Positions 29,478 to 44,645 of a stretch of 64,000 bases of DNA are shown here, piece after piece. This DNA is from the human T2T-CHM13v2.0 reference genome, Homo sapiens, in assembly GCF_009914755.1 (NCBI RefSeq), contig NC_060928.1; one strand, 5' to 3'. The translations under genes were made by a program, and so were the position numbers. Under the pieces are notes generated by a model that searched no databases, had not been told where the DNA came from, and was given only the letters and a program-made list of their open reading frames with translations. Numbering within the stretch: position 1 is the first letter of the stretch; every line of letters starts with the position of its first letter.

Positions 29478-29809
29478 ATCAGTAAAAGCAATATTGACAA
29501 CTGATAAAACTTTGTCCTAAAACTAAGTGTGCAGTATATAGTGCTTGTAAGTGTCCCAAATGAAAAAATGCATATTTAAAACTATAAACCCTAAGTAAGT
29601 CAGGAAATAAACAAGAATCACAGTTTTGCCATAATATTTTAACTTAAAAGAATGTCATTGATTACTTAAGTATTCAATTGTGTGAAGAAAAAAATCTAAC
29701 TTTCAATTTCAACTGAAATCAACAGCCATAATGCATTAAATTTAGAAAACCATTAATCAAAAACCAATATACAATACAAAGAATTATCTTAATAGTAATT
29801 TAAATGAAG

Positions 29810-30059
29810 TATACAACATTTGAGCACATATTAAGTGCTCACTCTGTGCCAGGTATTCTGTTAAGTGCTCCAAACAAATTACCTTATGTGATCCTGATCT
29901 ATACACTACTCAATATCCCCATTTTATGAATGAGGAAAGTGACTCTTAATGGAGGTTAAATAATTTGCCTAAAACATCAAGATAGTAAGTTTTGGGGTCA
30001 GAATTTGTATTCAATCAGCATGACTCTGAGACTCTACCCTCATTTACTGTACCACACTG
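29810..30059 (-). mobile_element. MIR SINE (near full length)
   Basis: ctctgtgccaggta...cccattttatgaatgaggaaagtga...gaggttaaataatttgcc...taccacactg. Confidence 0.8.
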
Positions 30060-30869
30060 AATTTTTCATGCATTTTCAAAGTTTTACATCATGACCCTGA
30101 AATAACTAATGAAATTCTAAAAAGTGTAGGTGCCAAAGATGTAGTAAAACAATATATATAGTACAAACAGAAGATGACAGGATATAGGTCACAGAGGAAA
30201 AAAAATATTGATGGCACATAAGTTCAACTGAGATGTTCCTGAGTGAACTACCGATGTGATAAGCCAACAACAACAAAATGCAAAAAGGAGATATATAATC
30301 AAGGTAAAAAATAATGATCTTATGATTTTCTGGGTGGGAAAAGACAGATAAATAACATAATTTTTCTACCATGTCCAAGAAGTTTAGAAGTTTCTGATCA
30401 CAGAGGGCAAAGTACTTCTCTAATTGATGTTGCTATTCTTTCTTTTTTGAAAGATTGTAAAACAAGTTTTTTAAGAATGAAGTTTGAAGCTGTGTAGTTC
30501 AAGGCTATTTTTGCTTTTGTTATATACAGGTGTATTATGTAAACTACGGTGCAGATTATATTACTCACCCCAAATTGAGGGAAAGAAAAAAATCAGTGGT
30601 TAATGTGAGATAATTTACTACAAGTTAAAATAAACACATTACAGGTTCTGGAGGTAATATCCCCTGTAACAGGTGTGAGGCAAATATCAGTAGGCTTAAC
30701 TCTTTGACTATATCAAATACGATATTCTTATGATTATTAGAAAATTTTTATTATAATATATGATAGTGGTTAAGAAATGAAAACCTGGAATGACTACCTA
30801 TATAATTTAACTGTGTGTCTCACTTTCCTTATCTCTAAAATGAGGGAAATACTGTTAATATTTTACAGA

Positions 30870-31260
30870 CCTTTAGCTATACATTGATGAATCTCAAATT
30901 TATTTCTTTCGAAGTTTTCTCTCCAGCTCTGACCTCTTCTTTGAGTTCTAAAACATATACATAATAACCTATTCTATTTATTCCACTTAAAATATTACAG
31001 TCATCTTAATCTTAACATATTTATTATTAAAGTTTTCATTTACCACCTAAGTTAGGTACTTTCAGCCTTTCCTCTCTCTGTATACTTCATACCATCTGAC
31101 CATCTGCTTAAGAGCCATAAGTGTCAGTCATCGTTATTACCTCTCACTCTCTCCTTCACTCACCATAATTCATTGGCAAATCAGCTCCTACTTCTATCTT
31201 CTTTGCCACTACTTTGCTTAAAACCATCCTTTGTCTTGATGAAAATATTATAATATCCTC
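30870..31260 (+). mobile_element. L2 fragment (preceded by a MIR remnant at about 30765-30850)
   Basis: Pyrimidine-rich L2-like sequence (gatgaatctcaaatttat...ctctgacctcttc). Confidence 0.45.
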
Positions 31261-31289
31261 CTAAAAGCAACATTGCTATATCTCAATGT

Positions 31290-32400
31290 TAGGGACAAAG
31301 AAAGAAAAACTAACAGAGTGAGAAGGTGATCTACAGAGAAAATATTTTCAAACTACACATTAGACAAAGGGTTAATATCCAAAACTTATAAGGGACTTAA
31401 ACAACTCAAAAGCAACAAACAAAACAAAACAAAAAACTTCAAATTATATAATTAAAAAATGCACAAAAATAATCTAATAGAAATTTATCAAAAGACAGCA
31501 TACACGTAACACACAGGTATATGAAAAAATGCCCAGCATCACTAACAATCAGGGAAATGCAAATTAAAGCCACAATAAGAGATGCCATCTCACTTTATTA
31601 GAATGGCCATTATAAAAAAGACCAAAGAAAACAATTGGCAAGGATGTGGAGAAAAATAAACATGTACACAGTTTTGGAGGAACTGTAAATCAGTACAGCC
31701 ATTATGGAAAACATTATGGAGGTTCCTTAAAACATTAGAAATGGAACTTTCATGTGATCCAAAAGTCCCACTAATGGGTATATATCCAAAGGAAATGAAA
31801 TCAGTATGCCAATGAGATATCTACACTCTCATGTTTGTTGTGGTACTATTTACAACAGCCAAGACATGAATCAACCTAAGTGTCCAACAACAGATGAATG
31901 AATAAAGAAAATGTGGTATATATACACAAAGGAATACTATTCAGCCGTAAAAAATAATTAAATCTTGTCATACACAATTACCTGGAAGACATCATTCTAA
32001 GTGAAATAAGCCAGATACATAGACAAATACCACACGATCTTATTTATATTTGGAATCTTTAAAAAAATGTTCATATCATAGAGGTAGATTAGTTACCAGA
32101 GACTAGGGTAAGGGGACAAGGAAGAATGGGTAGAGGTTGGTCAATGAGTATGACATTACAATTAGATAAGATGAATAATTTATCGCTTTCTATTACTATG
32201 GTTAACGGTAAGGTATTGTATATTACAAAATAGCCAGAAGAGAGGCCTTTGAATGTTCTCACTGTAAAGAAATAATAAATGTTTGAGGTGATGGGTATGC
32301 TAACCATCCTGATTTTATCATTATACATATATGTATCAAAATCTCAAATTGTACTCCATAAGTAGGTACCATTACTATTTGTCAATTTAAAAATTTAAAA
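31290..32400 (+). mobile_element. L1MA-type LINE-1 3' fragment
   Basis: ORF2 C-terminal homology (gacaaagggttaatatcc..., atcagggaaatgcaaatt) and an L1MA-like 3' UTR (tttgaatgttctcac...gaggtgatgggtatgcta). Confidence 0.88.
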
Positions 32401-33327
32401 ATTAATATGTACCCCCTCCCTCAAATTTTGACATAAAAAAACAAAACAAAATAAAGTTAGGGGTATGTGAATTAAAAGTGTGAGCTGCTAATTGCCATGC
32501 TCTAGAGATTGTAACTTTAATGGATGATTTCAGAAACAATTGCCAGTTGGAGTAATAAGGGCTAAATCCACAAAGATTCCACACAGCTAGATGTTAAAGG
32601 ACATATTAGCTGATAAAAGAAAGGAAGGCACTTCATCTTTGGAGAGACTACAAGAGCAAAGACCTGAAGGTAGAAATGGTCTCTCTTCATATAAAGAATA
32701 ACCAAGTGCTCTAATTGGAGAAGAATTAGAGAAAATTAATTAAGTGACAAATCCATTGACTATTCTTTGCACTACTCTCAGAAAAATTTCTATAAGTTGC
32801 TAATATAAAATATTGTGAGTGACTATTATTGGATTTCAGGAAACATAACTAACATCATAGCAAATAAATGTTATTCTAAATCTTAGATAACTTACGACTA
32901 CAGGTTTAGCCTGTGTTAGAGCATATGCATATTACATTTGAAAGAAGGGAATGAGACAACATTATACAAACACGTTGCTCCAGACTACCTTGCATTAAAA
33001 ATTTCAAAATATTTCAGTTAGAAATAGCAGTTCCAGTAGAATTTCAAAGTCCTTCTTTAAAAAAAGTAAAATTTCTTTTGAGCTATTGCTAGCTGAACAT
33101 GAACAAACAAAAGCATGAAAACATAAGCAATTAGTATTTGTGTTTCCTCAATAATCCTCGTCAGACTTTCCCAGTAATTCCTTTTCCTGCTCTCAACCAA
33201 AGGGTTGTGCTACAGGGAGAATGATTTATTTCAGACTTCAAAATGTAGTATTAGTGGATGTGAATTAAAAATAGATAAGAGCATAAACGCTTTGCTAGAG
33301 ACTATTTATTCTTCTTTACATTTATTT

Positions 33328-34392
<1,065 letters not shown>

Positions 34393-37244
34393 TTAAATGT
34401 GTTAAAAGAGACTTATCCAATAATAAAATTTAAGAATTTTCCTATCTGAAATATAGTATACATGTTCAGAGAAAACAGGAAAAGGAAACTTCAAGCTAGC
34501 ACATTCACACTATGATTTTTTAAGCTGAATGGCTCATATGAACTTCTTATGCAACAGACAAAACACTGAATGAGAAATATATGTTAATTTAGAAAAATGC
34601 AATATAAAATAAAGCATTGATTAGTAGTAAAATTTTAGCTTGGTTAGTGCTAATATTCCAATGTTAATATACCATAATTGTGTAAAATAAAATATTAGTT
34701 AAGTCTTTCATGAATTATTAAATATATTGATTTTGCTATATGTAATTTAGAATCAGTCTGGCAATATAGTGTTTTAAAATGGTTTTAATATATTATAGGA
34801 AGATATCTCCATTTAACCAGGACAAATTTTCTAATAACTTCTACTACAAAACATTATTCTTGCCTATATTGCATAAGACTATAAATGAGAAAATCATTGT
34901 TTTTAATTGCACTGTTTTAATTGGGAAAATAAGCTCCATTTAATTTCCTTATTATATTTTAATTAATCTTTTTAAAAAAATTAGAAGAACTCATTTTCAA
35001 TGCTTTATTAAACAATTTGAGAGACAAATATTCTGGTTTTAAGTGGACTTTTGATATCAATTTTCAAAGTACTTATAATTAGTGTAAAATAATAGAATTC
35101 TATGACATGTTAGATATTCTTACAAAATAACCTACCATGTGTTTTGCATTTAATTTACAGCTGGGAACTCACTAGGGTGTATTTCGATATTTCTATATGA
35201 AGCATAATATCGTGATTTTGACCAATAATGTTTTGTTTTTAATAATTTTCACCATAAAATAGGTTCTCTGGGAGCTTTCAAAGAAGTGTGTATCCCCATC
35301 CTCCACATTTTTTTAACATAGATCAAAGATACAGACCTTGCAAAAATTTCGGTTTGACCACAGCTTTCAAATAATTAAAAGAAAAAACATCTATTTCTAG
35401 TGAAACATATAGTTAAAAATAAGTAATGGAATTTACACAAACACTTCTAAAATAACTAGGCTCAAATGAACATCTTTTCAGGTTTCTAACTTCATGAATT
35501 ATTTACTTTTGTCCAGTTGCTTGAGAACTAATAATTAGTCATTTCAGAGATTTTGTCTTAATTTTTAAGGCCTAGAGATTTGTGAGTAAAAATTTTGCAC
35601 ATGAAAGGATGCTATAAAACTTTACTAAATACTATAATGTTTTACTAAATATATACTTAACAGATAGAAGCAATAACCATGACTCACTTATTTTTAAGGA
35701 CGGATATTACTGGGAGAAAATAGACTGCATGTTGAATTAGACTTGCCTTGCTTTCAAAAGATTCCAATCTAAATTTGACTATGTTTTAATTAAAATATAT
35801 ATTCATTGGAAATTATTCATTCCTATTTCAAAACGTAAATTTCATGAGAATATCATACTCAATGTTAATAATCATTTAGTTGGCACTTAGCACAGTTCCT
35901 AGCTGACTTTGTTTTATAAAATATGGGTAAAGGTGAATAAGGCATAATAAACTCAGTTTTCTTGAAAAGTAGGAATATACACTCTGGGAAATGGGAAAAT
36001 AATTAAGAAAATGTTGTCTAATAGGAATTATTGAAAATATAATCAAAGCATGTCCAGGATGGCATTACGGAGAATGACTAGGGGTATTTCAGAGGTGGAA
36101 ACAGGGGAATATCATGACTAAATGGAAAGGACATAGTGATGATTTCCATAGAATCTGGGATATGTAACAGCCTTAGATCTACTTCTAGTTTAGTTAAGAA
36201 TAAAACAGAATGGCAGGTTTTTAGGTCTGGAGGAGAAGGGATGATATACAGTATGCAACTTTTGTAATTTTTGAGGTTAAGTTGCTTGTGGAACATCTAA
36301 GATTTAATGTTCAGAAAGATCTAGGTACAGAAGACAACAGCTACACAGATTAATGCCAGCACATTTTTAAAAAGGCAACATGGAAGTTAGTGACTTTTTT
36401 TATATCAACAAGTATTACTCAGTAAATGAATATTTTTGTATTAAATCTAATTGTGTGTAACCTAACACCAGCCTCATCCAAACCTATAAACAGCCAAATA
36501 TCAGGGTAAGGTACAGTTTCCCCAAGGCAAATATTCAAATATATTTTGGTTTAAAAGGCTATTGTCTTAAACTCGAAAAGAAAACTAAAGGGAAAATTCA
36601 ATAACTTAATTGTAATAATATATAATAGATAACCAAATTAGAAGAGTCTACAATGATGACGATGGTGATAGATAATATTTATATAGAGAACAAAACAAAT
36701 ATAAATGTTTTAATTGACTAAAATAAAAATATACATGAAATCCTAATAAAAACTTGAAACTATTTTTTCATATTTTGAGATAATTCTTGATATTTAATAG
36801 TGACTACATATTTAATTTTAAAACATTTTAGTAGGATGATATTAATATAAAGATAAAAATAATCAAAGTTATACACCTTAAAAATCAAGTTAGAAAAGTT
36901 ATATGGCTGTCAGAAAATATATATACCTCCTATGTGCTAGGAACATCTATATAATGTTCCAAGGACTTTACATAAATTAGTTCATATATCCTCAGAGTAT
37001 GCTTATGAATTCCTGTTTTACTAAGAAGACATTGAGGCTGAAAAATGTTTTAATTGGAGTCAGAATTCCAACCCTATTAATATATTTTATCAAGATATAG
37101 AAATGTTATCTTAAAAGGACTTTAAAAAATATGTGATCAGAGTTTTCTTATCTGATCACATAACACAATAATTTTGTGCTTTTGGCTAGTATTTATGAAA
37201 CCTAATCTACATTTGAAGTGATGTACCAAGAAGCCTAATCTAGT

Positions 37245-37800
37245 ACACCCAGGCACCAGGCAGGATCCACCCCACCTCAAACCCCTGGTAACAGGCCTGT
37301 GGACCTCACTGCAGACTCAGCAGTAACCATGTGACCTGGCTCCAATCCCATAAGACCCCTATTCTGGAGGTAATCCCATCAGCCTATGGACCCAAAAGAT
37401 CTTTACCTACCAAAACCAGTCTGTAAAGACTGGAAGAGGTGTTTGCTCCTTCAAATGCACAAACACAAATGCAAGCCTATGCAGATCATAAAAAATCAGG
37501 CAACTGTCACACAACCAAAGGAAAGCAATAAAATCCTAGCAGCCCACTTCTACTAGATCTCTATAGAACTACCGATCTATGAATTGTCAAAAAACAAAAT
37601 GATCATCTTGAAGCTGAATAAGATGCTCAAAACAGATAAGCAACTAAATAAAATTAGGAAAACAATGCATCGGCAAAATAAGTTTAATAAAAAAATGGAA
37701 ACCATAAAAAGAACCCAATAGAAATCCTGAAGCTAAAGAATGCAATAACAGAAGTGATCATTTTATAGATAGCTTTACTGGCAGACATATTCATGCAGAA
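37245..37800 (+). mobile_element. old L1M 5'UTR/ORF1 fragment
   Basis: ctgtaaagactggaagagg...caaatgcacaaacac...aaaatcagg...gaaatcctgaagctaaagaat resembles the start of L1M ORF1. Confidence 0.7.
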
Positions 37801-38096
37801 GAAATTCTTTAAATTTTTAATACCATGATTGTTTTCAATACCATAGAATATTAGAAAACTCAGAAACAATACAAAGTAGACTTTCATTGACTGAAATAAT
37901 AGTAACACATAAAAACCTAATAAAAATTGGAAACTCATTTTCTCACATTTTGAGATCATTCTGGATAACACTTAATGACTACAAACATCATTTTAAAATG
38001 TTAGTTGAGTGGTACCAATATGAAAATAGGAAGATTCCATCTGATATATAAACTTATATAAATGATATGGCTATTAGAAAATATGTCCAAATGGAA

Positions 38097-38166
38097 GCTG
38101 AGCACATTGGCTCACACTTGTAATCTCAGTGCTTTGGGAAGCAAAGTGGGAGGGTTGCTTGAGCCT
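38097..38166 (+). mobile_element. Alu 5' fragment (FLAM/AluJ-like), abruptly truncated
   Basis: gctgagcacattggctcacacttgtaatctcagtgctttgggaagc...ttgcttgagcc. Confidence 0.8.
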
Positions 38167-38296
38167 AAATCACAACTAAAAGAACTTGAGAACCAAGAGC
38201 AAACAAATCCCTAAGCTAACAGAAGACAACAAATAACCAAAATCAGAGCTGAACTGAAGAAGATAGAGACACAAAAACCCTTCAAAAGATCAACAA
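38164..38296 (+). repeat. 133-bp copy of the L1 ORF2 segment at 39102-39235
   Basis: Manual alignment shows 4 A/G substitutions and one 1-bp indel. Confidence 0.95.
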
Positions 38297-38597
38297 TCCC
38301 TCAAATAGTTGAAGTCTATAGAGTACACTTCATCCAATTTTTGTTATAATATTGCCCACCAATAGTAGAAAAATATTCCTAATAAAACTAACAAAGTAGC
38401 AATTACTTGGAGCTATTAATATCTCATTAAGTTTATATATTACAAGTACATATCAATATTAACAATTTCAATCAATATTCTTTAAAGAGTAGTTTAGGCC
38501 TTAGCTATCAATAGGAAGACTAATGAATATTTTTTTTCTCCAATGCCCACACTGAATTGTATAGCCTCACAAACCATTAAAAAAACAAAATGATTAA

Positions 38598-38825
38598 TAG
38601 GGACAGAAAGTGAAATAGTGGTTACCAAGGACTTGGGGAAGGAGGAATGGGCAGTTGTTGTTTAAAGGGTACAGAGTTTCTGTTTGGGATGATGTAAAAG
38701 TTCTGGAAATATATAATGGTGATGGTTGCACAACATTGTGAATCTACTTAATGCCATTTAAATATATATTTAGTAATTTTTAAATGCTATATTTTATGTC
38801 ATGTATATTTTCTCATAATAAAAAT
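38598..38825 (+). mobile_element. L1MB 3' end fragment
   Basis: gggtacagagtttctgtttgggatgatgtaaaagttctggaaat...ggtgatggttgcacaacattgtgaat. Confidence 0.85.
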
Positions 38826-38898
38826 GCAAAAAATAAAACACCCCACACAAAAGGAGCATTTTTGGAGTTGTTCCAAAATATTCCACATGCTAATAAAG

Positions 38899-41800
38899 CA
38901 TGAAAATTGAATAACCTGCTCTTGAATGACTTTCGGGTAAATAATGAAATTAAGGCAGAAATCAAGAAGTTCTTTGAAATTAATCAGAAAAAAAGATACA
39001 ACATACCAGAATCTCTGGAACACAGCCAACACAGTTTTAGGAGGGAAGTTTATAGCACTAAATGGCCACATGAAAAAGTTAGAAAGATCTCAACTTAACA
39101 ACCTAAAATCACAACTAAAGGAACTTGAGAACCAGGAGCAAACAAATCCCTAAGCTAGCAGAAGACAACAAATAACCAAAATCAGAGCTGAACTGAAGAA
39201 GATAGAGACACGAAAACCCTTCAAAAGATCAACAAATTCAGAAGGTGGTTTTTAGAAAAAAAATTAATAAAACAGACAACTAGCTAAACTAATAAAGAAG
39301 AAAAGAGAGAAGATTCAAATAAACACAACCAAAAATGACAAGGGATATTACCATTGACCCAATAAAATATGAACAGCCATCAGAGAATATTATTAACAGC
39401 TCTCTGCACATAAACTAGAAAATCGAGAATAAATACATAAATTCCTGGACACAGACACCCTCCCAAGACTGAGCCAGGAAGAAATTAAATTACTGAACAG
39501 ACCAAAACAAGCTCTGAAGTTGAGTAAGTAATAAATAGCCAACCAACCAAAAAAAATCCCAGGACCAGAGGGATTCTACCTGATGTACAAAGTAGAGCTG
39601 ATACGACTCCTGCTGAAAATATTCCAAAAAATTCAGTAGGAGGAATTCCTCCCTAACTCATTCTACAAGGCAAGCATCTTCTGATACCAAAATCTGACAA
39701 AGATCCAACAAAAAAAGAGAACTTCAGGCCAATATCCCTGATGAACATCAATACAAAAATCCTCAACAAAATACAGGCAAACCAAATCCAGCAGCACATC
39801 AAAAAGCTTATTCATCACAATCAAATATGCTTTATCCCTAAGATGCCATGTTGGTTCAACATACACAAATCAATAAATGTGATTCATCACATAAGCAGAA
39901 CTAAAGACAAAAACCACATAATTCTCTCAATAGATGCAACAAAGGCTTTTGATAAAATTCAATACATCTTCATGTTAAAAACTCTCAATAAACTAGCTAT
40001 TGAAGGAACATACCTCAAAATAATAAAAGTCATCTATGACAAACCCCCAGCCAAAATCATACTGCATGGGCAAAAACTGGAAACATTCCTGGCAAAAGAC
40101 AAGGATGCCCTCTCTCACCACTCCTATTCAGCCATAGTATTGGAAGGCTGGTCCAGGGCAATCAGGCAAGAAATAAAAAAAAATAATAAAGGGTATCCAA
40201 ATAGGAATGGAGGAAGTTAAACTATCTCTGTTTGCAGATGACATGATCCTATATCCAGAAAATCCTATTGCCTCAGCCTAAAAGCTTCATAAGCTGATAA
40301 ACAACTTCAGCAAAGTATCAGGATATAAAAACATTGTGTAAAAATGTCTAGCATTATTATATAGCAACCACAGTGAAGCTGAGAGACAAGTCAGGAGCAC
40401 AATCCCATTCACAGTTGCCACAAAAAGAATAAAATATCTGGGTATATAGGTAACTAGGGAGGGTGAAAGATCTCTACAAGGAGTACTACAAAACATTGTT
40501 GAAAGAAATCAAAGATAACATAAACAAATGGAAACACATCCCACAGTCTTGTATAAGAAGAATAAATATCAAAAAATGGCCATACTTCCCAAAGCGATTT
40601 ATAGATTCAATGCTATTCCTATTAAATTACCACTGACATTCTTCATGGAACTAGACCAAACTATATGAAAATTCGTATGAAACCAAAAAAGAGCCTGATA
40701 GTCAAGACAATCTTAAATAAAAAGAACAAAGCTGGAGGCATCATGCTACCTGACTTCAAATTATACTTCAGAGCTACAGTAACAAAAACAGTATGGCACT
40801 GACACAAAAACAGGCACCAATGGAACAGAATAGAGAGCCCAGAAATAAGTTCACACACCTGCAAACTAATGCCTATCTGATCCTCAACAGACCTGACAAA
40901 AACAAGCAATGGGGAAAGGATTCTTTATTCAATAAATGGTGCTGAGATAACTGGCTAGCCTTATGCAGAAGATTCAAACTGAACTCCTTCCTTACACCAT
41001 ATACAAAAATAAACTCAAGATGGATGAAAGGCTTAAATGTAAAACCCAAAACTATAAAAACCCTGGAAGACAACCTAGGTAATATCATTCAGGACATAGG
41101 CATAGGCAAAGATTTTATGATGAAGATACTGAAAGCAATTGCATCAAAAGCAAAAATTGACAAATGGGGTCTAATTAGACTAAAGAACTTCTGCACAGCA
41201 AAAGAAACTATCAACAGAGTGACTAGATAAACCTACATAATGGGAGCAAATTTTTGCAAACTATGCTTCCAACAAAGGTCTAATAGCCAACACCTACAAG
41301 GAACTTAAACAAATATACAAGAAGAAAACAACCCCATTAAAAAGTGGACAAAGAACATGAACAGAAACTTCTCCAAAGAAGACATACATACAGCCAACAA
41401 ACAGGGAAAAAAAGCTGAAAATCATTGATAATTAGAGAAATGCAAATGAAAACCACAATTAGTTATCATCTCATACCAGTCAGAATGGCTATTAATAAAA
41501 AGTCAAAAAATAACAGCTGCTGGCAAGGTTGTGAAGAAACAGGAATGCTTATACACTTTTGGTAAGAGTGTAAATTAGTTCAACCATTGTGAAAGACAGT
41601 GCGGTGATTCCTCAGAGACTTAAAGACAGAAATACCATCGATCCAGCAATCCCATTATTGGGTATATACCCCAAAGAATATAAATCATTGAATTACAAAG
41701 ACACATGCACCTGTATGTTCGTTGCAGCACTATTCACAATAGCAAAGACAGAATCAACCTAAATGCCCATCAATAATAGACTGAATGAAGGAAATGTGGT

Positions 41801-42180
41801 ACATATATACCATGGAATACTATGCAGCCATAAAAATATAACAAGATCCTGTCTTTTGCAGGGACACTGATGGTGCTGGGCGCCATTATCCTTAGCAAAC
41901 TAATGAAGGAACAGAAAACAAAATACCACATGCTGTCACTTATTAGTAGGAGCTAAATGATGAGATGATAATACATGGACACATACAGGGAACAACACAC
42001 ACTGGGGCCTATCAGAGGGTGGAGTGTGAAAGGAGGGAGAGGATCCAGAAAAACAAGTGGTCCTTGGCTTAATACTTGGGTGACAAAATAATCTGTATAA
42101 CAATAACCCATGACACAAGTTTACCTATATAACAATCCTGCACATGTACCCCTGAACTTAAATAAAAGTTAAAGAAAGAA
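38899..42180 (+). mobile_element. 5'-truncated L1PA (about L1PA13-15), decayed ORF2 and 3' UTR
   Basis: Continuous ORF2 homology including RT pieces (e.g. 39741-40220 with [10 protein letters not shown], and tttgcagatgacatg = FADDM). 3' end ...cacatgtacccctgaacttaaataaaagtt. Confidence 0.95.
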
Positions 42181-43826
42181 AATTTCAGGAAAGTTTTCTA
42201 GAATTATCTGAGCAATTACTCCAAGCCATTGCTCAATAAGATTTCTGTCTAACCTGTGCTTACTATCCAAATGCAGCTCCACTTTTTAATACAGACCCAT
42301 ATCTAAAGGAGCCCATTAAATCCCACTATAAACCAAATTTCTTAACAGCTAGCTGTGAGAATCAGTTGCAGAAAGCTTGTTTTTCAGTGGAGTTAACTGC
42401 TCACAATCAAGAGAATTTCCAGGAATCCCAAGTTCAAAGGTAAACACCTACTTCAGCTTCATGCTATCTAGAACTTGATAGAAGAGAGCTAGGAGGCTTT
42501 TATGATTTTCCTGTGCACAAGAACTAAACTAGCAGGCTTTAAAAAGTATAAGTGAAACTTCAGAGGGTTATATAGCTCTGAAGTAATGGTAAAAAACCTA
42601 GCAGGGGAGGTGAATGGTGAAAAAAAGAGATGATTCTAAGGGGATCTCTGGTAACTATGGCATAAACTGACTTGGCTGCTAAAACACCTGCTGTGTCTGA
42701 ACATCAGTCAAGAAAGGCAAAAAAAAATGCATTTTGATTTTTTTGGTTAAAGTACTGTGTTTAAAATTGAAGACATCTAATGTTATTCTAATTCATATTC
42801 TCATTGTTTCTTCACATATCCTTTTAAAAACATACTACAATTGAACATTTAGCTCTTTTTAATAAAAATTTGTATAGGGACTTGTTTATAAGCACAATAA
42901 ACTATTCTGTGTGTGAATTATGGGGTAACAATTCACACCTTGTGCATTAAATGGAGCTCAGTATGATCTTATGTCTACCCATGCAAAGGATGTGAATTAT
43001 TACATCATCATTCACATCCTGTTGTGTTGTGCTTCTTAAATATCATCTTTTTGCAGAAAAAAATGCTTTATATTTATGTGTTTTATTCTTAAATTTGTGT
43101 TTGGGTATATGGCTTTGGAAACTGTACAAAAATGCAAGGCAAACAATACTTTAATGCTGTATTAGAGGCATTGTTTATTTTACATTTGAAATGTTGTTGG
43201 CTAAGTTTAATCAAGCTATATCATCATACTAGCAAAGGCACTGCATAGGTATTACACATTTCTTTTACAGAGCAGACATATTCATCTGTTTGACTACCTT
43301 GATTATCGTCTTTAAAGTTAAATTTGTCTGTTTGCCTCTTATCTTGTAAATTGAGGCAAGAGTTGTAAATTAATTATTTAATGTTACCCAGATGGTAGAG
43401 ATTCTTTCACATTTAAGGTTGCATCTAGGCAAATACTTCAAAAATTTCTTTTACTTGTTATTTCTAGAAGTAGAAGTACACAAATTTGGTAATTCTACCA
43501 ATTTTGTTAAATATTTTTTATCTAAATATTTAGTAATGAAATTAAAAAGTGAAGATTAATTTTGTTGTAGAAATTCTTATTTATATGTGTCCATGTTTAT
43601 CTTAAACAGAAATATAGGATTTCAAAATTGAGGCTTGTTAGATGTTTCATTTTATTAGAATCCACAGAAAGCAGCAGACCTAGAATTTGCTTGGACTCAC
43701 CTGCTTTTTGTCTAATTATTTACTTGTTTAACGAACTAACTTAATCCTAGGGAGATTAAGCTTATCAAATTTGATAATAGAAGATTTAAATATTTCAATT
43801 TTTCAATTGTAAGTTTTGTAAGATTT

Positions 43827-44311
43827 TGTAACAGTGAAACAGCAAAATAACTAACTCCATTTTTGTCTAAGGGGCCTTTACTCATTCCTGCAGGTAGGCT
43901 AGTATAATTTTAGAGCACTAAGATAATATGTAAAAACAGCCATTATGTAATTTTTAAAACTAACTCTGAGATTAAAGGAGAAGTATGTAAACAACTATGT
44001 TTTGGGAAAGGCTTATAGGAGCATTGTGACCTGACCAAGGGCAAAAATGTTCCCAGCCTCCTCAGACCCTCCCTGGTGCCCAGATGTCTGTGTTTGTCAA
44101 TCACCTCTTGATCCCAACCCCCTCTTCTTCCCCCTGCCCTTAACATTAAAAAAGCCTAAAATTTGTTCTGACTTAAGATGGTATTTTAGGATACTAGTCC
44201 ACCATCTTCGTGGTTTGCTGGCTTTCTGAATAAAACTGCTTTTATTTTCTCACTAATTCTCTTCTCTTGTGTTTGGCTTTTGAGTGGTGAGCAGCTGAAC
44301 CTGGACTTGCA
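43827..44311 (+). mobile_element. solo ERV1-type (MER4-group-like) LTR, subfamily uncertain
   Basis: TG start, taactccatttt motif, pyrimidine tract before a TATA-like site, AATAAA near 44228 and a U5-like gagcagctgaacctg end. Confidence 0.7.
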
Positions 44312-44491
44312 TTATTCTGTTGTAACATGAACCTGTGATTATATTGTTTAGTATAATTAAATAAATATATATATATGCACATATACATATAAGCATATAC
44401 CATACATTATATATAATACCAACATAAATTTAGATTATATATGTACATTTTATACATAATTACATATATAATACCAATTTATAGATAAGTT

Positions 44492-44645
44492 TTGCTCTCC
44501 AATATGATATTCACTAACTCATCTGTTATTTAAATTCAAATTTTGATTGATTTAAATTAAATTAAAATTTCAGTTACTCAGCTACACTAGGCACATTTTA
44601 AGTGTTCAATAGTCCTCATCATAGAAAGTCTTACTGAACTGCACT
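44492..44645 (-). mobile_element. MER3 (hAT-Charlie) remnant within TA/CA low-complexity DNA
   Basis: aaaatttcagttactcagctacactaggcacattttaagtgttcaatag...atagaaagtcttactg. Confidence 0.7.

Noticed and set aside
38164-38296. APOBEC G-to-A hypermutation as the cause of the four A/G differences between the L1 copies
   Set aside because: As I recall the consensus, two of the A alleles are ancestral, and one site is a CpG. Four sites are too few to support editing.
39741-41230. Reverse-transcriptase-like ORFs as an active or novel RT system
   Set aside because: They are decayed ORF2 pieces of a 5'-truncated old L1PA.
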